From: a virus
Reading direction: 5' to 3' (one strand)
IMG/VR virus record: IMGVR_UViG_3300014202_000415
Length of the DNA stretch: 38,031 bases
Part shown: in pieces, positions 15,662 to 23,334 of the stretch
How positions within the stretch are numbered: position 1 is the first letter of the stretch
Layout: each line of letters opens with the position of its first letter
Notes under the pieces: model-generated
Told to the model about the DNA's origin: nothing
What the model saw: only the letters and a program-made list of their open reading frames with translations
Database searches by the model: none
Translations under genes and position numbers: made by a program

Positions 15662-16098
15662 CTGCCAAACCTCATTGCATAATAGTAGACATAGACGGCA
15701 CACTGGCGCTTATGCAGGGCCGCGGGCCGTTTGAGTATGACAAGGTGGGCACTGACCTACCCAACTGGCCCATTATAGACCTCGTGCGCCGCCTCAAAAT
15801 AAAAGATTACCAAAAAGACATACACGCAATGAAAATAGCCTTGGTGAGCGGTAGAGAGGGCTCGTGCAGGTTGGAAACGGTAAAATGGCTTACCAAACAC
15901 TATGTGCCGTATGACTACCTGTTTATGCGTGAGGTGGGCGACAGGCGCAAAGATACTGAGGTAAAGGCAGAGCTTTACCACAGGTTTATTGAGCCGCAAT
16001 ATGACGTGCACTATATACTCGATGACCGCGACCAGGTGGTAAAAATGTGGCGTAGTTTAGGGCTCACCTGTTTGCAGGTGGCAGAGGGCAATTTTTAG
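15658..16098 (+). CDS. HAD-superfamily phosphatase, polynucleotide-kinase 3'-phosphatase-domain type
   Basis: 146 aa from ATG 15658. Contains IIVDIDGTLA (the DxDGT nucleophile motif), VSGR, and ILDDRDQVVKMWR...GLTCLQVAEGNF. Confidence 0.75.
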   Translation: MTAKPHCIIVDIDGTLALMQGRGPFEYDKVGTDLPNWPIIDLVRRLKIKDYQKDIHAMKIALVSGREGSCRLETVKWLTKHYVPYDYLFMREVGDRRKDTEVKAELYHRFIEPQYDVHYILDDRDQVVKMWRSLGLTCLQVAEGNF

Positions 16099-16099
16099 T

Positions 16100-16564
16100 A
16101 TGACCGACCTGCTCACCATGTTATTTGTTTTTTGGCTTGGGGTAACTAACCCCCATGAGCCACCCGCACAACAACCCAGCATTATTAGTGTTATGAACCG
16201 CGCGCGCAAAGTAAACGGGTTACGCCCGTTAAAAGAAAACGCCCAGCTTAACTTAAGTGCGGGGTACAAAGCCTGCGACATGAGCACGGAAAATTACTTT
16301 AGCCATACGCTGCCTGACGGTACCGCATGGTATTTTTATGTTGCTGCCGCGGGGTATGAGTATGACGCTGTAGGTGAGAACATGGCACGCGACATACCCG
16401 ACCATACCGAGGTGGTGGCACGCCTCTTATTAAGCCCAGGGCATAGGGCCAATATACTTAACCCTCGGTATACAGAGGTTGGGGTAGCAGAGTGTGGCAA
16501 GTATATGGTAACGCACTTTGGCCGCCCGCTAGTAGTCTTTTTTGATGACTTGACAAATAACTAA
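16100..16564 (+). CDS. Secreted or membrane-anchored CAP/SCP (YkwD-like) domain protein
   Basis: N-terminal hydrophobic signal-like segment LLTMLFVFWLGV. CAP pattern NRAR...GLRPL...L..A....C.DM....YFSH....G......GEN.A.......LL.SPGHRANIL...YTEVGVA. Confidence 0.6.
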   Translation: MTDLLTMLFVFWLGVTNPHEPPAQQPSIISVMNRARKVNGLRPLKENAQLNLSAGYKACDMSTENYFSHTLPDGTAWYFYVAAAGYEYDAVGENMARDIPDHTEVVARLLLSPGHRANILNPRYTEVGVAECGKYMVTHFGRPLVVFFDDLTNN

Positions 16565-16578
16565 CAATGAGCTATACT
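16550..16578 (+). promoter_or_regulatory. Early promoter TTGACA-17-TATACT with the ACTAACAAT spacer, 9 nt from ATG 16588
   Basis: TTGACAAATAACTAACAATGAGCTATACT. Embedded in the 3' end of the CAP gene. Confidence 0.7.
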
Positions 16579-16587
16579 ACGTAAGAT

Positions 16588-16827
16588 ATGAACACAATTA
16601 AGATTGAGTACAAAGGACATACACGCAGAAAAGAAAAGGCCCACAAGCTGTGGGTTGCTATGGCTATTGCCTATATTGCCCCGCCCGTAGGCGAGGGTAT
16701 GACGGTGCCCGAGATTGTTAATGACCCACGATTTTTAAAGGCTGACGGCAGCAAATACAACCGCAGCTATGTTTACCAAGTGCTCGCAAAACTCAAAGAT
16801 AACGAAAACCCTAAAGGGGGTGAGTAA
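16588..16827 (+). CDS. Small putative winged-helix DNA-binding protein
   Basis: 79-aa ORF. MTVPEIVNDPRF...YNRSYVYQVLAKL looks HTH-like (weak). Near-leaderless start. Confidence 0.55.
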   Translation: MNTIKIEYKGHTRRKEKAHKLWVAMAIAYIAPPVGEGMTVPEIVNDPRFLKADGSKYNRSYVYQVLAKLKDNENPKGGE

Positions 16828-16830
16828 ACT

Positions 16831-17025
16831 GTGGAACAACAGATAACGGAAAAAAAACAAACGAAAAAAACAGGACGCTTTAACTACATAACCCACACGC
16901 TTATTGTGCTGGCAGCTATATGGCTTTTGACCAGTCAAGTGCTTGCGGTTATGGCAATTAGATACGTTTTTACAAATTACCGATTGGTACCTAATACGGT
17001 AGTGGTAAGCCCAACGGCAGAATAA
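16831..17025 (+). CDS. Small membrane protein (GTG start)
   Basis: 64-aa ORF with TM segment ITHTLIVLAAIWLLTSQVLAVMAI. Confidence 0.45.
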   Translation: MEQQITEKKQTKKTGRFNYITHTLIVLAAIWLLTSQVLAVMAIRYVFTNYRLVPNTVVVSPTAE

Positions 17026-17055
17026 TATAAACAGGTACACGCCAAAGGAGGAACT

Positions 17056-17877
17056 ATGGCAAAAACCAGGACGCAGGCTACAACGCCCGCAGACCCTAAT
17101 ATAGTAGCTATTGAGCGGCTGACCCCTCGGGGGCAGAGCCCGCGCATATACCATGACCTAATAAAAAAGCAGGTGCTTGGTGTTGACAAGTCGGGCTGGG
17201 AGCGCCCGTTTGAGGACTTAATGCTTTTTATGTACGTTGCCAAGCGTACGGGGTTAGACCCGCTTGCACGGCAAATATACGCGGTGTACCGCTGGGATTA
17301 CCGCACGGGTAAAGAGGTTATGACCATACAGGCTGGTATTGACGGCTTGCGGGTTGTAGCACAGCGTACAGGCGAGTACGGCGGCAGTGACGATGCGGTA
17401 TTTGTTGAAAAAGACGACAAACCGCTAAAGGCCACCGTTACCGTATATAAGGTACACAAGCGCACAGGCGAGCGCATGGCAGTAGTAGCCAGTGCTCGGT
17501 ACGGTGAGTACGTACAGGAAAAAGACGGCAAGCCAATGGGTATGTGGGCAAAAATGCCCTTTAACCAGCTTGCTAAATGCGCAGAGGCATTAGCGCTGCG
17601 TAAGGCTTTCCCTAACGTATTAAGTAATGTGTACTCGAGCGACGAAATGGGCCAAGCTGAAAACGGCGGCGTGGAGGCATTACCCCCACCCCCTAAACCA
17701 GCTATGACCGCGACCAATACCAATAAGGCACGGGCAGATAAAAAGGCGGCAGAGGCACCAGAGGTGCCACCTACGCCCCCTGTACCACAGGCTGACAAGC
17801 CAGCGGTAGTAGAGAAGCCCGTCATGGTAGAACAAATAGCTGACCCCGTAGCATTACGGGCAAAGCTAAAGCAGTAA
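17056..17877 (+). CDS. recT: RecT-family single-strand annealing recombinase
   Basis: AAAGGAGG SD. FMYVAKRTGLDPLARQIYAV...IQAGIDGLRVVAQRTGEYGG...WAKMPFNQLAKCAEALALRKAFP matches RecT/Bet hallmark segments. Pro-rich acidic tail. Confidence 0.75.
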   Translation: MAKTRTQATTPADPNIVAIERLTPRGQSPRIYHDLIKKQVLGVDKSGWERPFEDLMLFMYVAKRTGLDPLARQIYAVYRWDYRTGKEVMTIQAGIDGLRVVAQRTGEYGGSDDAVFVEKDDKPLKATVTVYKVHKRTGERMAVVASARYGEYVQEKDGKPMGMWAKMPFNQLAKCAEALALRKAFPNVLSNVYSSDEMGQAENGGVEALPPPPKPAMTATNTNKARADKKAAEAPEVPPTPPVPQADKPAVVEKPVMVEQIADPVALRAKLKQ

Positions 17878-17913
17878 ACGTAATGGCCTGGGGGCGGTGT
17901 AAAAACTGCCCCC

Positions 17914-17942
17914 TTGACATTAACCTAACAATCAACTATACA
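17914..17942 (+). promoter_or_regulatory. Early promoter CCCCTTGACA-17-TATACA with the ACCTAACAAT spacer
   Basis: TTGACATTAACCTAACAATCAACTATACA. Confidence 0.65.
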
Positions 17943-17963
17943 TATAAACAGGAGGAAAAAAAT

Positions 17964-18428
17964 ATGGCACAGGACGCCACAATAAAATTAGACTTGGGTA
18001 ACCTTGAGGCTTTAGTGGCCGAGGCAGACACGATATTTTTAAAGCCAAAGGCAGAGGCAGTATTGCTAAAGCTGCTTGAGGCACAGGCAAAAGTTGAGGA
18101 CGCTATAGACAGGGCCAAGCAAAAATTAGAGGCCGCAGCCCTGGCAGTAAACCCCAATTTTAAAAGCATACGCGGTGACAAAACCAAAGTGTTTTACCGC
18201 CAGTATGGTGAGCGCTATAAGGTAGACGAGGCGCAAATAACCCAGGTACCACCCGAGCTATACGAGAGCCAGGTTAAAACGACCTACAAAGTCATACCCG
18301 AGGCAGTAGAAACGTGGACGCAGGCAAATAAAGGTATGCCCATTGGCATTATAGAGGTAGACCGTAAAAAAAGCCTCACGTTTGCACTCAAAGATAAACC
18401 CGCCAAGGAGGTGACCCATGCAGCCTAA
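17964..18428 (+). CDS. Hypothetical protein located between RecT and the exonuclease
   Basis: 154 aa from ATG 17964 with a CAGGAGGA SD. Confidence 0.65.
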   Translation: MAQDATIKLDLGNLEALVAEADTIFLKPKAEAVLLKLLEAQAKVEDAIDRAKQKLEAAALAVNPNFKSIRGDKTKVFYRQYGERYKVDEAQITQVPPELYESQVKTTYKVIPEAVETWTQANKGMPIGIIEVDRKKSLTFALKDKPAKEVTHAA

Positions 18429-19077
18429 ATTACGCGCGTCATACACGCTACTTGATATGTGGGCCAAAGGCGACTGGCAGGGGGCAATTAACTACTACTT
18501 TAAAATTAAGGCGTTTGTTACCCCAGCCATGGTAGACGGGCGCAATTGGCATACAAAGTGGGAGCATGAGGTTGAGCACACAAAAGCATTGCCCGCTATA
18601 TTTACACCGAAAAAAACATTTAACAACCCACTTACCGAGGTAAAAATAGAGGTAGACCTTGCCCCCTGGTTGCAGGTGGTTGGCAAGTTAGACGTGCTAG
18701 ATGCACCCACGGTAGTTGAGTTTAAAACGGGTAAGCAAGACAGCGAGCACTATACCAGCACCTACCAGCTACCGTTTTATGCCATGATATGCGCATACAA
18801 AGGGGTATACGTTGACCGCGGCGAGATTTACCACTATGACCAATACACCAAAAAAGTAGACATGAGCATAGTGTGGATTACTGACGAGCAACTGGCTAAT
18901 GTTAAAAATTGGCTGGAAACCTTGGGCAGCGAGATACATAATTATTTTGTGACCAACAAGCTGTATGAGAGATACGGTACCTATGTACGGGAAAAAGACG
19001 GCGTGGTAAGATTACAAAAGGTGGCTGGGCTTGATGTTAATACGGAGGGCGCAGCCATTATTGGAGGTGTAGCATGA
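18418..19077 (+). CDS. PD-(D/E)xK (RecB/Cas4-like) exonuclease, partner of RecT
   Basis: GKLDVLD...VVEFKTGK and YQLPFYAMI give a D-x(n)-ExK plus QxxxY pattern. Synteny with recT. Confidence 0.55.
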   Translation: MQPKLRASYTLLDMWAKGDWQGAINYYFKIKAFVTPAMVDGRNWHTKWEHEVEHTKALPAIFTPKKTFNNPLTEVKIEVDLAPWLQVVGKLDVLDAPTVVEFKTGKQDSEHYTSTYQLPFYAMICAYKGVYVDRGEIYHYDQYTKKVDMSIVWITDEQLANVKNWLETLGSEIHNYFVTNKLYERYGTYVREKDGVVRLQKVAGLDVNTEGAAIIGGVA

Positions 19078-19535
19078 TTGGCGTAGCCCTCATAGCTGCC
19101 GTAGGTATAGCTATAGGTGTAGCCGTTCCACTTATTCCCCCTGTTACACCAGCCCGTGTAGTGCCCAAGACGACCCCCCAAGTAGCCCAGGTGGTTACGA
19201 CACCAGCACCAACCCCACTACCTACCCCAAAGTACAGTAACGGCGTGCTTGCCTCATGGTATGGGGTACAAGAGTATTGCGCCAAATATAACCCAAGCTG
19301 CATTATGGCTAACCGTAAAAAATTGGTTGATGAGGATTTTACCGCGGCGTGTGCTAAAAAGTGGCCGCTCGGTACCAAGCTACACCTACGGCATAACGGT
19401 AAAGACGTAATAGTAGAGTGCACTGACCGAGGCAGTTTTGAGGAGAAGTACGGCAGGCAGTTAGACTTGAGCAAGGCGGCGTTTACCTCCCTGGCGCCAT
19501 TAAGCAGGGGGGTTATTGAGGTGGAGGTACAGTAA
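19074..19535 (+). CDS. Membrane-anchored RlpA-like double-psi beta-barrel (DPBB) protein
   Basis: N-terminal TM segment plus a Pro/Thr linker. LASWYG...CIMANRK...AAC..WPLGTKLHLRHNGKDVIVECTDRGSF...QLDLSKAAF matches the RlpA/DPBB pattern. Confidence 0.6.
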   Translation: MIGVALIAAVGIAIGVAVPLIPPVTPARVVPKTTPQVAQVVTTPAPTPLPTPKYSNGVLASWYGVQEYCAKYNPSCIMANRKKLVDEDFTAACAKKWPLGTKLHLRHNGKDVIVECTDRGSFEEKYGRQLDLSKAAFTSLAPLSRGVIEVEVQ

Positions 19536-19819
19536 TGATTTGTCATAATAAACATTGCCGTTATTGTCGTAAATACCAAAAGCTAATAGAGCAAGGATAT
19601 GCACACATTGGAGGCGGTATTTTTATAAAAATTAGCAGCATAAAAATTGACGGTATAATTACGGCAACTGGCACAGGTGGAGGTACAGTAATGAAATACA
19701 AACGAACTAAACCACGCAGACAAACTAAAAATGTACGCAGTAATTTACGGTGGCTAGGTAACAGCGCACGGCGGTTACCAGCTAATGACAAACGGCAGCT
19801 TTACCGTGCAAAGGAGTAA
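19535..19819 (+). CDS. Hypothetical Cys-rich / basic protein, possibly two products
   Basis: 94-aa ORF with a GGTGGAGG SD. AT-rich interior carrying a TTGACGGTATAAT promoter-like box at 19647-19659. Confidence 0.45.
   Translation: MICHNKHCRYCRKYQKLIEQGYAHIGGGIFIKISSIKIDGIITATGTGGGTVMKYKRTKPRRQTKNVRSNLRWLGNSARRLPANDKRQLYRAKE
19691..19819 (+). CDS. Nested in-frame 42-aa arginine-rich peptide
   Basis: An exact 20-nt copy (19675-19694) of the RBS-start cassette AGGTGGAGGTACAGTAATGA seen at 19519-19538. Product MKYKRTKPRRQTKNVRSNLRWLGNSARRLPANDKRQLYRAKE. Confidence 0.45.
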   Translation: MKYKRTKPRRQTKNVRSNLRWLGNSARRLPANDKRQLYRAKE

Positions 19820-19823
19820 TTTT

Positions 19824-20213
19824 ATGGCTAAGTTTATAATTGAGTTTACTGACGCTGAGGTAGATAACGTTGTGCAGACATTCCAACGCCTCGCAGGCGC
19901 TCAAACCCTCGAGCAAATAAAAGCTACGGTGGCAACAGAGTTTGGCCAGCGCATACAAACAGTTAAAGAGGGTATAGACGCGCTCGAGCATAAAGACAAA
20001 CCCAAAAAACATAAAAGTAAAACTGGTGGCCGCTGGGCCCGTAATTATGACGAGTGTATAAAATGCCACCAACAAGACCAGCCGCACGCAAGCAAAGGGC
20101 TGTGTAAGCGGTGTTACATGGCACGGTGGAGCCGTGAGAAAAAAGCCAAGGTTATTATACCCCTAGATGTGCGCAGTGAGGGGGTAGATACGAGGCCAAA
20201 AAATAGACTATGA
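19824..20213 (+). CDS. Hypothetical protein with a CxxC...CxxC zinc motif
   Basis: 129 aa from ATG 19824 with an AAAGGAG SD. Contains ECIKCHQQDQPHASKGLCKRCY. Confidence 0.6.
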   Translation: MAKFIIEFTDAEVDNVVQTFQRLAGAQTLEQIKATVATEFGQRIQTVKEGIDALEHKDKPKKHKSKTGGRWARNYDECIKCHQQDQPHASKGLCKRCYMARWSREKKAKVIIPLDVRSEGVDTRPKNRL

Positions 20214-20413
20214 AAAGCGGCATTTACAGACCACAACCAGGCGAGTATATAGCGTACGGTAACCCATGGGCAGACCCAAAACACCGCAAAGGGTATTACG
20301 CCGTCATAGCGTTTGCCTGGCATAATGCTAAGCCTATATGGGCGAGTGTGTATATACCAACAAGGGGCGAGGCGGCTTTAACCAATAATTTTACATTATT
20401 TAAAAAACTATGA
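20210..20413 (+). CDS. Hypothetical protein
   Basis: 67-aa ORF with ATGA overlaps on both sides. Confidence 0.55.
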   Translation: MKSGIYRPQPGEYIAYGNPWADPKHRKGYYAVIAFAWHNAKPIWASVYIPTRGEAALTNNFTLFKKL

Positions 20414-20853
20414 GGCGCAGCAACAAGCTATACGACCTGGTGCAGCAGTTACTTTATAACGACCCAACCCTGCGGGGTAGCGACAAACGCCTCATGTGGC
20501 AGGTGTGGAGCCGTTTAGGGTATGTGTTATTTGACGGCCTGGCGTATACGCATTTTATAGATAAAAACTGCCCGACCCCTGAGAGCGTGACCCGTTGCCG
20601 CCGCAAAATACAAGAGCTGCACCCCGAGCTACAGGCAGCCAACAGTACCCGCCGAGCCCGTGCAGACAAAGCAGAGCAAAAAGGCACCCACATATACCGT
20701 GAGCCAGCTAAAAAACTCGCTGACCCATGTATGCGGTGTGGGGTGGGCCGCATGATTGTTAAAGACTTATACGACTACTCAAGTGGCACGGCGGTTAAAA
20801 CAGGCTCATACACTGAGTGTAACCACTGCTACAAACGCGGGCCTGTGATATAA
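20410..20853 (+). CDS. Hypothetical protein with a C-terminal zinc ribbon
   Basis: 147-aa ORF with CMRCG...CNHC. Its stop codon lies inside the next TATAAT box. Confidence 0.6.
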   Translation: MRRSNKLYDLVQQLLYNDPTLRGSDKRLMWQVWSRLGYVLFDGLAYTHFIDKNCPTPESVTRCRRKIQELHPELQAANSTRRARADKAEQKGTHIYREPAKKLADPCMRCGVGRMIVKDLYDYSSGTAVKTGSYTECNHCYKRGPVI

Positions 20854-20854
20854 T
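20845..20854 (+). promoter_or_regulatory. GTGATATAAT promoter, 6 nt from ATG 20861 (leaderless)
   Basis: TGTGATATAAT-acgact-ATGGCA. Confidence 0.6.
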
Positions 20855-20860
20855 ACGACT

Positions 20861-21226
20861 ATGGCAAAAAGCTACCGTAACCGCAAAAAATTATCCACCG
20901 TAGTACCAGGTACTATTTTTACCCCTGACGTAAACGCTCTGACCGTAAGTACCCAAATTAACGGCGCAAAGCTCACGGTGCCAATGAAAATGATAGAGGA
21001 CGACCCTGATATGTTTGAGGAGGTACCTGAGTATTGGAAACCGTTAGACGGGCAAAAATACTATTTTATTGACAGCAATATGGTGGTTGCTTATACAGAC
21101 TACAAACCTGACGAGGACGGCACCCACAAACTACGCTGGGAGGCGCACAACTGTTTTGAAACGTTAGAGCTGGCGCAAGCAGCTTTAACCCGCGTACTCA
21201 AGGTGCTCGCTAAAAATGCAATCTAA
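20861..21226 (+). CDS. Hypothetical protein
   Basis: 121-aa ORF. Confidence 0.6.
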   Translation: MAKSYRNRKKLSTVVPGTIFTPDVNALTVSTQINGAKLTVPMKMIEDDPDMFEEVPEYWKPLDGQKYYFIDSNMVVAYTDYKPDEDGTHKLRWEAHNCFETLELAQAALTRVLKVLAKNAI

Positions 21227-21392
21227 GTTTTTAGATGTACGAGATAGAGCCTGCCCAAACTGTAACGGCCCCATGGGCATAAAGGGCTCAACACCCACAA
21301 CAACTGACTGGCAATGCCTACAGTGTCACGTATGGGGCAGGTGGGATAAAATAAAAGGTAAATGGCTACTGCTACGCCGCAAGTTAAAATAA
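21216..21392 (+). CDS. Zinc-ribbon microprotein (58 aa; below the ORF-track cutoff)
   Basis: MQSKFLDVRDRACPNCNGPMG...WQCLQCHVWGRW...; open frame to TAA 21390-21392. Confidence 0.5.
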   Translation: MQSKFLDVRDRACPNCNGPMGIKGSTPTTTDWQCLQCHVWGRWDKIKGKWLLLRRKLK

Positions 21393-21396
21393 CCCC

Positions 21397-21425
21397 TTGA
21401 CAGGATAATACCTCCGTGATATGTT
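21397..21425 (+). promoter_or_regulatory. Promoter of the chaperonin operon, CCCCTTGACA-17-TATGTT with TG extension
   Basis: TTGACAGGATAATACCTCCGTGATATGTT, 9 nt upstream of ATG 21435. Confidence 0.6.
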
Positions 21426-21434
21426 TATTGTGTT

Positions 21435-21725
21435 ATGCGATTGTTACCTGGAAAATACATCGTTATTTGCAAGGACGCTGGCCCCGAGAAGCTAAAGAGC
21501 GGCTTAGAAATGGTGCGCCAAGACAAAAACCAACCCGAGGTAGGCATCGTGTTTGACCTATATAAAGGTAACCCCCCTAAGACAGACGACAAAAACAAAC
21601 TACCATTCCCCCTAAAAAAAGACGACAAAATAGTATACCGAAAGTATAGTGATAATAAGGTGTATATTGGCGGTGTAGCGTACAATTTTATACGGTTTGA
21701 GGATATTATAGGTAAAATTATTTAA
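21435..21725 (+). CDS. groES: GroES-like co-chaperonin (Cpn10)
   Basis: 96 aa, directly upstream of GroEL. Pattern: N-terminal LLPGKYIV strand, a KSGL mobile-loop-like segment, KKDDKIVYRKY, and C-terminal IRFEDIIGKI. Confidence 0.6.
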   Translation: MRLLPGKYIVICKDAGPEKLKSGLEMVRQDKNQPEVGIVFDLYKGNPPKTDDKNKLPFPLKKDDKIVYRKYSDNKVYIGGVAYNFIRFEDIIGKII

Positions 21726-21738
21726 AGGAGGGTTGACC

Positions 21739-23334
21739 ATGAAAAAACTAACATTTAAAAAAGATGCCCGTAAGTCATTAGTTGCAGGGGTGCAAATGAT
21801 GTATGACGCGGTATGCACCACGCTTGGCCCCAAAGGGCGCAACGTGGCTATTGCCCGCCAGTGGGGCTTGCCTATTATTGTGCATGACGGCGTGACCGTG
21901 GCACGAGAGGTTGAGGCAAAAGACGAGTTTACTAACATGGGTATTAACCTCGTGCGCGAGGCGGCACAAAAAACCAATGACGAGGCGGGTGACGGTACAA
22001 CTACCAGCACTTTGCTTGCGTATAACATTGTAAGCCGCGGTATGGCGCTTTTGGAAAAGGGCACCAACCCCATGAGTTTACGCAATGAGATTAACGCTGC
22101 GCTCGACATACTGCGCGCTGAGCTTGCCAAGCTGGCTGTTAAAACTAACAAAAAAGACGATTTGCAGCGGGTGGCATTTATTAGCTCAAGTGATAAAGAG
22201 ATAGGCGACCTGGTAGGCCAGGCGGTGCATGAGGTGGGTTCTGACGGTGTGGTAGCGGTGGAGGAGAACTACGGGCCCGAAACGGAAACTGAGCACACTG
22301 ACGGTTTGCTCATAGATAAAGGCTGGGTTATACCCCACTTTGTGACCAACGTACAGCGTATGGAGGCAGTTATAGAAAACTGCTGGGTTGTGGTTACCGA
22401 CAAAAAGATAACCGCCCAGGTAGAGATTGCCCCACTATTTGAGGTACTGCTTGCTCAAAATAAAAACATACTGCTTATTGGTGACGTAAGCGGCGATGCG
22501 TTGCGCATGGTGGCCCTCAATAAACAGCGCGGCAACGTAAATGCTATTGTGGTTGAAACACCAGGGCACGGCGACAAGCGCCGCGAGTACCTACAGGATA
22601 TTTGCGTAGCCACGGGCGCACAAATTATTAGCGATGAGCTGGGGTTAAAGCTCGAGGATTTGGCCCAGCAGTTTGACCTCAAGGTAGTAGGCAAAGCCAA
22701 ACAGGTAGTGGCAGACAAAAAGAGCACGGTTATTGTAGGCGGTGGTGGTGACAAAAAGGCTATTGCCGAGCACATATCCAACCTCAAAAAACTGCGTGAT
22801 GCAGAGAAAAACCTATACGAGCGCGAGATTTTAGACGAGCGTATAGCTAAACTGAGCGCAGGCGTTACCGTCATTAAGGTAGGGGCTAAAACAGAGCTTG
22901 AGATGCGTGAGCGGTTAGAGCGTGTTAAAGACGCGGTGGGTGCCGCTAAGGCAGCCCTGCAAGAGGGTATAGTGCCAGGGGGCGGCGTAGCCTTTATACG
23001 GCTTGCCCAGGCGCTTGAGGCTCAAAAAGACCTTACCCAAGGTTCACAGCTTATGGTTGATGTGCTCTATGAGCCCGTACGCAAGCTGCTAGACAATGCA
23101 GGCGAGAGCCCAGCAAAAATGGAGGCATTGCTCGAGAAAATACTGGCCGCTGGCGGCAATAAGGGGTACGAGGTTAATAGCGGTAAGCTCGTGGATATGG
23201 TAGAGCAGGGGATTATTGACCCCACCAAGGTACTGCGGTTATCCTTGGAAAACGCTGTATCGGTAGCCACCAGCATACTTACAACCGATGTACTCATTGT
23301 TGACGAGCTGGTAGAGCCTAAAAAAGGTGATTAA
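21739..23334 (+). CDS. groEL: GroEL-like chaperonin (Cpn60) lacking the C-terminal GGM tail
   Basis: 531 aa from ATG 21739 with an AAAGGAGGG SD. Collinear with bacterial GroEL: TLGPKGRNV, DGVTVAREVE, AGDGTTTSTLLA, GVVAVEE, ETPGHGDKRRE, GGGVAFIR, GIIDPTKV. Confidence 0.9.
   Translation: MKKLTFKKDARKSLVAGVQMMYDAVCTTLGPKGRNVAIARQWGLPIIVHDGVTVAREVEAKDEFTNMGINLVREAAQKTNDEAGDGTTTSTLLAYNIVSRGMALLEKGTNPMSLRNEINAALDILRAELAKLAVKTNKKDDLQRVAFISSSDKEIGDLVGQAVHEVGSDGVVAVEENYGPETETEHTDGLLIDKGWVIPHFVTNVQRMEAVIENCWVVVTDKKITAQVEIAPLFEVLLAQNKNILLIGDVSGDALRMVALNKQRGNVNAIVVETPGHGDKRREYLQDICVATGAQIISDELGLKLEDLAQQFDLKVVGKAKQVVADKKSTVIVGGGGDKKAIAEHISNLKKLRDAEKNLYEREILDERIAKLSAGVTVIKVGAKTELEMRERLERVKDAVGAAKAALQEGIVPGGGVAFIRLAQALEAQKDLTQGSQLMVDVLYEPVRKLLDNAGESPAKMEALLEKILAAGGNKGYEVNSGKLVDMVEQGIIDPTKVLRLSLENAVSVATSILTTDVLIVDELVEPKKGD

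Noticed and set aside
21612-22151. 179-aa minus-strand ORF across the groES/groEL junction. Similar antisense ORFs occur in groEL, the methyltransferase, terL, portal and capsid genes.
   Set aside because: All overlap confidently assigned + strand genes and lack initiation signals.
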